DNA of 14,077 nt, from NCBI GenBank assembly GCA_036386695.1, contig DASVVF010001057.1, positions 1 through 14,077 of the forward strand, written 5' to 3'. Under the pieces are notes generated by a model. It saw nothing but the letters and a program-made list of their open reading frames with translations, did no database searches and was not told the origin of the DNA. This stretch comes from Catenuloplanes sp. Its GTDB lineage: Bacteria > Actinomycetota > Actinomycetes > Mycobacteriales > Micromonosporaceae. Position numbers and translations under genes: made by a program. Each line of letters begins with the position of its first letter. Within the stretch, counting starts at the first letter, position 1. Below, in pieces: positions 6,527 to 12,236 of the stretch.

Positions 6527-8664
6527 TGCTTCGCGGCGGTCAGCGCCGCCACCGGCGTCTCCGCCACGCCGAGCCGCTGGGCGGTGGTCAGCAGCTCCCG
6601 CAGCTTGCCGGCGTCCGGACCGCCGGCCTTGATCTGCTGGAGCAGGAACGCCGACAGGGTGAGGTTGCCGATGTCCGCGGTGCTCATGCCGCCGAGCACC
6701 CGACCGAGGTCGTCGGCGAGGTGGGACGACCCGTTCAGGTACGGCTTGGCCAGCGCTTGGGCCACGTCGGAGTGGCCGACGAAACCATCGACGCTCTTGC
6801 CCATGGTGATCGAGCCGATCAGCTTGTCGAAGAACATCCCGTCGCCACCGACGATGTCGATGTTCGCCTTTTCCAGGCCGGCGGCCATCACCAGCGCCTG
6901 CGCCTCGGCGACCTGACGCTGCACGTCGATCCCGGCCAACCGGATCTCCTTCTCGGCCTCCAGCCGCAGGCGGTACTCCTCGTGCTCCCGGCTGGCGTCG
7001 TTGAGGGCGGCCATCGCGGCGGCCTTGTCGGTGAGCCCTTCGGCCTCGCCCTTGAGCTTCTCGCGCAGCGACTCGGCGATGGCCAGCCCCTTCTCGCGTT
7101 CGTTGGCCGCCTGCGCCTCGCCCCGCTGCCGTTCGATGGCGGCCAGCGCGCCACCCTTCTCCAACTCGACGGTGGCCTGGGCCTGACCCAGCTGCAGCTC
7201 GACGGTGGCCTGCGCCTGGCCGCGCTCCCGCTCGACGGCGGCCTCGGCCCGGCCGATCTTCTCGATCGCCTCGGCGTTGCGCTCGCGCACCTGCACGTCG
7301 GCCAGTCCCTTGGCGGCCGCTTCGGCCTGCACCCCCTCGGCGAGCCGGATCTTCGCGCGGGTGTCCAGCTCGGCGGCCTGCTGGCGGGCCTCGGCGAGGA
7401 CCAGTTCCTCGCGGGCCTTGAACCTGGCGGACGCCTCGGCGGCCTCGGCCGCCTTGATGTCCTTGACCAGGCTCTCCTGCGCCTCTCCCTCGGCCTGGAT
7501 CACCACGGCCTGGCGGATCCGCTCGGCCTCTTCGACGACCCGCAGCCGCTTGATCTGCTCCTCCTGCTCGGCGACGGTCTTGTCGACGGCGATCCGCTCG
7601 CGCACCACCTCGGCGACGGCCCGCTTCTCGGCCTCCACCTCCTTGTCCTTCGAGATGGTGGACAGCGCGGTCTCCCGCTCCCGGGAGATGATCTCCAGCT
7701 GCCGGTCCTTCTCGATCCGCTCGGTCTCGATGGCGATCACCCGCTCGCGGTTCTTCTCCGCGACGGCGATCTCCCGGGCCTGGTTCTCCTTCTGCACACC
7801 GAGCTGCTCGTCGGTACGCAGGTAGGCGGTCTGGGCCTTGAGCCGCTCCTCGGACTGGACCCGGGTGATTTCGGCCTCCTCGCGGGCCCGCATCGTCTGG
7901 ATCTCCCGGTGCTGCTTGATCTCCGCGTCGGCCTGGCGCCGTTCCAGCTCCAGGATCGCCTCCTTGGCGTCGACGTTCTGCCGGGTGATCTCCTTCTCCT
8001 CGTTGCGGCGGTAGTCGTTGGTCCGCACCGCCTCGATCGCGGTCAACTCTGTGATCTTGCGGATGCCCTGGGCGTCGAGGATGTTCGCCGGATCCAGCCG
8101 GGTCATCGGGGTCTGTTCGAGGTAGTCGATGGCCGCGTCCTCAAGGCTGTAGCCGTTGAGGTCGGTGCCGATCACCTCGATGATCCGGTCCCGGAACTCG
8201 TTGCGCTTGGTGTAGAGGTCGACGAAGTCGAGCTGCTTACCGACCGTCTTGAGGGCCTCGGAGAACTTGGCGGCGAACAACGCCTGCAACGTCGCCTCGT
8301 CGCTGGCCCGTACGGTGCCGATGGCCTGGGCCACCTTGATGACGTCCTCGACGGTCTTGTTGACCCGGACGAAGAAGGTGATCCGGATGTCGGCGCGGAT
8401 GTTGTCGCAACAGATCAGGCCCTCGTGACCGGTGCGCTCGACCTCGATCGTCTTCACCGAGATGTCCATGATCTCGGCCTTGTGCAGCACCGGCATGACG
8501 ATCGCACCGGTGAAGGTCACATCGACCCGGCGGACCTTGGAGACGATGAGGGCCTTGCCCTGCTCCACCTTGCGGAACAACCGGGTGACGAGCAGGACGA
8601 AGCCGATGACGACGAGCAGGACGACGGCGAAGAGCACGCCGACCCCAACGGAGATGACATCCAT
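6523..8664 (-). CDS. Flotillin-family SPFH/band-7 protein (YqiK/FloT-like). It has an N-terminal TM helix, an SPFH domain and a ~350-aa Ala/Glu/Arg-rich coiled coil with EA repeats.
   Basis: ATG at 8664-8662 gives MDVISVGVGVLFAVVLLVVIGFVLLV, a TM helix. The SPFH-like core reads KALIVSKVRRVDVTFTGAIVMPVLHKAEIMDISVKTIEVERTGHEGLICCDNIRADIRITFFVRV. It is followed by a long heptad-like EAxxRxxA coiled coil typical of bacterial flotillins. Stop TGA is at 6525-6523. A GGGA Shine-Dalgarno sits 5-8 nt upstream. Confidence 0.9.
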   Translation of the reverse strand: MDVISVGVGVLFAVVLLVVIGFVLLVTRLFRKVEQGKALIVSKVRRVDVTFTGAIVMPVLHKAEIMDISVKTIEVERTGHEGLICCDNIRADIRITFFVRVNKTVEDVIKVAQAIGTVRASDEATLQALFAAKFSEALKTVGKQLDFVDLYTKRNEFRDRIIEVIGTDLNGYSLEDAAIDYLEQTPMTRLDPANILDAQGIRKITELTAIEAVRTNDYRRNEEKEITRQNVDAKEAILELERRQADAEIKQHREIQTMRAREEAEITRVQSEERLKAQTAYLRTDEQLGVQKENQAREIAVAEKNRERVIAIETERIEKDRQLEIISRERETALSTISKDKEVEAEKRAVAEVVRERIAVDKTVAEQEEQIKRLRVVEEAERIRQAVVIQAEGEAQESLVKDIKAAEAAEASARFKAREELVLAEARQQAAELDTRAKIRLAEGVQAEAAAKGLADVQVRERNAEAIEKIGRAEAAVERERGQAQATVELQLGQAQATVELEKGGALAAIERQRGEAQAANEREKGLAIAESLREKLKGEAEGLTDKAAAMAALNDASREHEEYRLRLEAEKEIRLAGIDVQRQVAEAQALVMAAGLEKANIDIVGGDGMFFDKLIGSITMGKSVDGFVGHSDVAQALAKPYLNGSSHLADDLGRVLGGMSTADIGNLTLSAFLLQQIKAGGPDAGKLRELLTTAQRLGVAETPVAALTAAKQ
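7163..7221 (-). repeat. 33-bp internal tandem duplication within the flotillin coiled coil, encoding GQAQATVEL(Q/E)(L/K) x2.
   Basis: + strand aactcgacggtggcctgggcctgacc (7163-7188) and agctcgacggtggcctgcgcctggcc (7196-7221). Protein reads ...RGQAQATVELQLGQAQATVELEKG... Confidence 0.8.
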
Positions 8665-8678
8665 GACGGTCCCTTAAG

Positions 8679-8760
8679 GCAGAGGGTGGGTGGTGTGGGG
8701 GGTGGCGGGGGGGTCAGGCGGTTGCGGGGGGTTCGGGGTGGCGCGGGTCGGGATGCAGGG
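8679..8760 (+). repeat. G-run tract (G3-G7 runs) on the + strand spanning the NfeD 3' end and the NfeD-flotillin intergenic spacer. It is a potential G-quadruplex on the template strand of the operon.
   Basis: gagggtgggtggtgtggggggtggcgggggggtcaggcggttgcggggggttcggggtggcgcgggtcggg. Runs include GGG, GGG, GGGGGG, GGGGGGG, GGGGGG and GGGG. Confidence 0.5.
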
Positions 8761-9406
8761 CGGCGTCCGCGGGCACGATCCAGAAGAACTCGCCGTCGCC
8801 GTCATAGCCGTAGATCAGGGCGTGGGTGCCGGCGGGCAGCGGATCGGCAGCCGCCTGCCGGACCTGGACCAGCGCGGACGAGCCGTCCGGCGTGGTCACC
8901 TCGGCCTGGCCGAAGTGGCGGTCCACCCGGCCGGTGCGGACCACGCAGGTACGCCCGACGAACTCGGCTCGGGACGGTCCGCTGCCTGTGGGCAGGGCGC
9001 GCCGCAGCAGCGGCACCACCAGCCGGGTGCCGAACCAACCGACGGCCAGCGCGGCGAGCAGCACCGCGAGGGAGGCCAGGGGGAAAACCTCATCGCCCAC
9101 CAGGACCGTGCCGACCAGGCTGAGAAACCAGGTGAGGGCGATCAGCAGCGATCCGGCCACGGCGGCCGGCACCCCACCGAGGCCCAGACCGCTCATCAGG
9201 CCGGCCACGCCGCCGTCCAGCCCGGCGTCGCCGTCGAGGTCGGCGGCACCCAGCACGACCAGCAGCCAGTAGCCGACGACGACAACCAGCAGGAAGGTGA
9301 ACAGTACGGTCGGGAAGCTGAAGGCAGCGCCGATGAACCCGCCCATCCCGCGCCTCCCCACCGCCGTACCGACTACCAGCAGCGTGGCAGGCCTCGTCAA
9401 CACCAT
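8714..9406 (-). CDS. NfeD/YqiJ-like membrane protein. It has multiple TM helices plus a C-terminal OB-fold beta-barrel, and is the usual partner of SPFH/flotillin genes.
   Basis: 230-aa ORF with hydrophobic segments (FIGAAFSFPTVLFTFLLVVVVGYWLLVVLGA; LLIALTWFLSLVGTVLV; LASLAVLLAALAVGWFG). The C-terminal region (EFVGRTCVVRTGRVDRHFGQAEVTTPDGSSALVQVR...GTHALIYGYDGDGEFFWIVP) fits the short NfeD beta-barrel. It lies immediately upstream of flotillin, as in yqiJ-yqiK and nfeD2-floT. The start is uncertain: ATG 9406 has a poor SD, whereas internal ATG 9346 is preceded by a strong GGGGAGG with a 6-nt spacer and would give 210 aa. Confidence 0.7.
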   Translation of the reverse strand: MVLTRPATLLVVGTAVGRRGMGGFIGAAFSFPTVLFTFLLVVVVGYWLLVVLGAADLDGDAGLDGGVAGLMSGLGLGGVPAAVAGSLLIALTWFLSLVGTVLVGDEVFPLASLAVLLAALAVGWFGTRLVVPLLRRALPTGSGPSRAEFVGRTCVVRTGRVDRHFGQAEVTTPDGSSALVQVRQAAADPLPAGTHALIYGYDGDGEFFWIVPADAALHPDPRHPEPPATA

Positions 9407-9640
9407 CGGTCCGGCCGGGCTGGTGCGCCATCAATGGTCGTGAATTTGATTCGCGATCCGGCGCCGCACCCGGGCGGTCAAGGATCTGGTCGACCGTCCG
9501 GCCGCCGCGCGATCATGCCACACCCCGGGCCGGGGGCGGACCCACCCCACCCGGCGCGCCGAACCGGTCCCGACGCCAAGGGCCCGACCCTGGTGGAATA
9601 TGTTTTCTGGGAACAGTTCACCACCAACTACCCGGTCTCG

Positions 9641-9661
9641 CCGTCGGTTCCGGTCCGACGG
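9641..9661 (+). promoter_or_regulatory. 7-bp inverted repeat ccgtcgg-N7-ccgacgg, 19 nt upstream of the GH13 ribosome-binding site. Possible operator or small hairpin.
   Basis: ccgtcgg (9641-9647) and ccgacgg (9655-9661) are exact reverse complements. Located in the 284-bp divergent intergenic region 9407-9690. Confidence 0.3.
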
Positions 9662-9679
9662 TTCAGCTGACCGGGACGT

Positions 9680-9684
9680 GGAGG
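9680..9684 (+). promoter_or_regulatory. Shine-Dalgarno GGAGG for the GH13 gene, 6-nt spacer to ATG 9691.
   Basis: cgtgGAGGttcgacATG; canonical anti-SD complement. Confidence 0.6.
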
Positions 9685-9690
9685 TTCGAC

Positions 9691-11277
9691 ATGCCGTGGT
9701 GGCGCGACGCCGTGATCTACCAGGTGTACGTCCGCAGCTTCGCCGATTCCGACGGTGACGGCATAGGTGATCTCCCCGGGGTCCGTTCCCGGCTGCCGTA
9801 CCTGCGGGAACTGGGCGTCGACGCCCTCTGGCTGAACCCGTTCTATCTGTCACCGCAGGTCGACGCCGGATACGACGTGGCCGACTACCGGGCCGTCGAC
9901 CCGCGGTTCGGGACCCTCGCCGACGCCGACGACCTGCTGCGTGACGCCCACGACCTGGGGCTGCGGATCATCGTCGACCTGGTGCCCAACCACACCTCGG
10001 ATCAGCACCCGTGGTTCCAGGAGGCGCTGCGGTCGCGCCCGGGCAGCCCGGAACGCGCCCGGTACCTCTTCCGGGACGGCCGGGGGCCGGGCGGCGACCA
10101 GCCGCCGAACGACTGGCCCAGCGTCTTCGGCGGCCCGGCCTGGCACCGGGTCACCGAGCCGGACGGCACCCCCGGCCAGTGGTACCTGCACCTGTTCGCC
10201 CCGGAACAGCCGGACCTGGACTGGACCAACGACGAGGTTCGCGCCGAGTTCGAGTCGATCCTGCGGTTCTGGCTCGACCGTGGGGTCGACGGCTTCCGGA
10301 TCGACGTGGCGCACGGGCTGGCCAAGGACCCGGAGATGCCGGACCTGGCCGGTCGCTTCGCCAGCGCCGGGCCGGCCGTATCGGGGCACCCGCACTGGGA
10401 CGTCGACCAGGTGCACGACGTGTACCGCGGCTGGCGGCGGGTGATCGACTCGTACCCCGGTGACCGCACGTTCGTCGCCGAGGCCTGGGTGCACACCCCC
10501 GCCCAACTCGCCCGCTACCTGCGCCCGGACGAGCTGCACACGGCCTTCAACTTCAACTTCCTGCTGGCCCCGTGGGACGCCAAGGCGGTCCGGGCGGCCG
10601 CCGACGAGAGCATCGCCACGCTGGTCGACGTGGGTGCCCCGGTGACCTGGGTGCTGTCCAACCACGACGTCATCCGGCACGTCACCCGCTACGGCGGCGG
10701 GGAGCTCGGCACCCGGCGCGCCCGCGCCGCGGCGCTGCTCATGTTGGCCCTGCCCGGCGGCGCCTACCTGTACCAGGGTGAGGAACTGGGGCTGCCGGAG
10801 GTCATCGACCTGCCCGACGAGGTACGGCAGGACCCCAACTTCTTCCGGACCGGCGGGGCCGAGCGTGGTCGCGACGGCTGCCGGGTGCCGCTGCCCTGGT
10901 CGGGCGACGAACCGCCGTACGGGTTCGGCCCGGGCGGCCGGCCGTGGCTGCCGCAGCCGGCCAGCTGGGCGCAGCTGTCGGTGCAGCGGCAGGACACCGA
11001 CCCCAGCTCGATGCTGGCGCTCTACCGGGCCGGGCTGCGGCTGCGGCGGGAGCTGCCGGCGCTCGGCGAGGGCGCACTGTCCTGGGTCGACGCCGGCCCG
11101 GACCTGCTGGCCTTCCGCCGGGAACCCGGTTTCCTGTGCGTGACCAACTTCGACGACGGACCGGTACCTGCTCCGGCGGACCTGCTGACCGGCCACGATG
11201 TGGTACTGGCCAGCGGATCGACCCCGACCGACGGCACCATCCCGGGCAACACCACCCTCTGGTGCGTGGCCCGCTGA
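9691..11277 (+). CDS. aglA: Glycoside hydrolase family 13 alpha-glucosidase / oligo-1,6-glucosidase-like enzyme, 528 aa, cytoplasmic (no signal peptide).
   Basis: All four GH13 conserved regions are present: I VDLVPNHTS, II GFRIDVAHG (nucleophile Asp codon at 10303-10305), III FVAEAW (acid/base Glu codon at 10480-10482) and IV LSNHD. The N-terminus DAVIYQVYVRSFADSDGDGIGDL and the QPDLDW motif are typical of the oligo-1,6-glucosidase/alpha-glucosidase clade. Strong SD; stop TGA at 11275-11277. The gene symbol is by family resemblance only. Confidence 0.93.
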   Translation: MPWWRDAVIYQVYVRSFADSDGDGIGDLPGVRSRLPYLRELGVDALWLNPFYLSPQVDAGYDVADYRAVDPRFGTLADADDLLRDAHDLGLRIIVDLVPNHTSDQHPWFQEALRSRPGSPERARYLFRDGRGPGGDQPPNDWPSVFGGPAWHRVTEPDGTPGQWYLHLFAPEQPDLDWTNDEVRAEFESILRFWLDRGVDGFRIDVAHGLAKDPEMPDLAGRFASAGPAVSGHPHWDVDQVHDVYRGWRRVIDSYPGDRTFVAEAWVHTPAQLARYLRPDELHTAFNFNFLLAPWDAKAVRAAADESIATLVDVGAPVTWVLSNHDVIRHVTRYGGGELGTRRARAAALLMLALPGGAYLYQGEELGLPEVIDLPDEVRQDPNFFRTGGAERGRDGCRVPLPWSGDEPPYGFGPGGRPWLPQPASWAQLSVQRQDTDPSSMLALYRAGLRLRRELPALGEGALSWVDAGPDLLAFRREPGFLCVTNFDDGPVPAPADLLTGHDVVLASGSTPTDGTIPGNTTLWCVAR

Positions 11278-11372
11278 GTCCGCCGGACGACGCCGCCCGC
11301 AGCCGGGACGCGGCGGGGCGCCCCCGCAACGCCCGCCCCCGGGACGAGCTGGGCCGGCCGCTGCCGTACGGG

Positions 11373-11867
11373 ATGCCCGGGGTGCGGACCACCCCGGAGG
11401 ATGTCGTCCTGGCCCCCCGGGAGGCGCTCACGGAGGCGCAACGGCTGCTCGACGCCGGCCGGCCGTTCCACGCCCACGAGGTGCTGGAGGGCACGTGGAA
11501 AGCGGCGCCCGAGGGGGAGCGCGAGCTGTGGCGGGGGCTGGCGCAGCTCGCGGTCGGTCTGACCCACGTCCGCCGGGGCAACCCCGCTGGCGCGGTGCGG
11601 TTGCTGCGCCGGGCCGCCGACCGGGTGGCGGACTACGCCGCGACCCCACCGCACGGTGTGCCGGTGCGGAATCTGGTGACCTGGGCCCGGGAGCTGATCC
11701 TGCGGATCGAGGACGGCGGAACGGCCGCGCTGCGACCGGCCGACCTGGCGCCCCGGTTGACCGGGGCGGACGACGAGCTGACCCGGGCGGACGAGTTGAC
11801 CGGGGCCGACGAGTTGACCGGGGCGGACGACGAGCCCGGCGGCGCGGGCCCGGCCGCCGCGCGCTGA
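11373..11867 (+). CDS. DUF309-like small protein (~164 aa) with a C-terminal LTGADE-type tandem peptide repeat.
   Basis: The frame is open from the GH13 stop region. The first ATG after the GH13 stop is at 11373; an upstream non-ATG start is not excluded. The core RPFHAHEVLEGTWKAAPEGERELWRGLAQLAVGLTHVRRGNPAGAVRLLRRA matches the DUF309 signature (F.aHE.LE..W......e......GLIQ.Av...H...GN..GA..L). Stop TGA at 11865-11867. Confidence 0.6.
   Translation: MPGVRTTPEDVVLAPREALTEAQRLLDAGRPFHAHEVLEGTWKAAPEGERELWRGLAQLAVGLTHVRRGNPAGAVRLLRRAADRVADYAATPPHGVPVRNLVTWARELILRIEDGGTAALRPADLAPRLTGADDELTRADELTGADELTGADDEPGGAGPAAAR
11757..11834 (+). repeat. Imperfect 17-22-bp tandem repeat x4 (ttgaccggggcggacgacgag variants) encoding LTGADDE / LTRADE / LTGADE / LTGADDE at the C-terminus of the DUF309 protein.
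   Basis: Units at about 11757-11778, 11779-11795, 11796-11813 and 11814-11834. Confidence 0.8.
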
Positions 11868-11935
11868 ACCGCCCGGCGCATCACCCGGACCGCCAGGCGA
11901 GCACCGGCCGCCGTCGGGCGCATCAGTGTCGCCGG

Positions 11936-11968
11936 CCATCGATCGGTGAGCGGTAATGGGCGATCGCC
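11936..11968 (+). promoter_or_regulatory. Two palindromic CGATCG cores (ccatCGATCGg at 11936-11946 and GGCGATCGCC at 11959-11968) centred 21 bp apart in the intergenic region upstream of the SGNH gene. Candidate dimeric-regulator operator.
   Basis: Direct reading: GGCGATCGCC is a perfect 10-bp palindrome, and the two cores are separated by two helical turns. Confidence 0.3.
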
Positions 11969-12061
11969 ATTGAGTGCGGCAAATCCCAACGGGCCTGCTG
12001 AGCGGCTCGGGAACGCCCAGCTCGCGAGGGTCAGCGCATTGAATGGCGACGATTCCGATGG

Positions 12062-12090
12062 TCGACAGCCGGAAATTGCCTCCGTATAGT
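12062..12090 (+). promoter_or_regulatory. Candidate housekeeping-sigma promoter: -35 TCGACA (12062-12067), 17-bp spacer, -10 TATAGT (12085-12090). It would drive the SGNH gene with a ~140-nt leader.
   Basis: ggTCGACAgccggaaattgcctccgTATAGTcc. The -35 matches TTGACA at 5 of 6 positions, the -10 fits TANNNT, and the spacing is 17 bp. This is an unusually AT-rich patch for this DNA. Confidence 0.3.
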
Positions 12091-12236
12091 CCACGACACG
12101 TGACGGTCCGGAGCACCGGCGGCGAGCCGTTGGCCACCGGGGGACGGACCGGCGCGGCAATCGGGGGGAATTGTCGAACACCGCCGTCAGTCGTTTCCGT
12201 CACCGTTCCCTGCGGAAGAAAGCGGAACTGTCGCCA

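Noticed and set aside
3560-6916. 1118-aa + strand ORF antisense to the giant ATPase gene
   Set aside because: Its low-complexity G/V/P/R/H/Q-rich translation has no recognizable motifs. The opposite strand encodes clean Walker A/B motifs with high GC3. Long antisense open frames are expected in ~70%+ GC DNA.
6721-9123. 800-aa + strand ORF antisense to flotillin and NfeD
   Set aside because: It is the mirror of the EA-rich coiled-coil codons (GCC/GAG/CGC give Gly/Leu/Arg/Pro-rich nonsense). The flotillin strand has an unambiguous SPFH domain and TM helix.
9850-12203. Minus-strand ORFs 9850..11196 (448 aa), 10802..11581 and 11022..12203 overlapping the GH13 and DUF309 genes
   Set aside because: They are antisense to a GH13 gene with all four catalytic regions, with no motifs and low-complexity composition.
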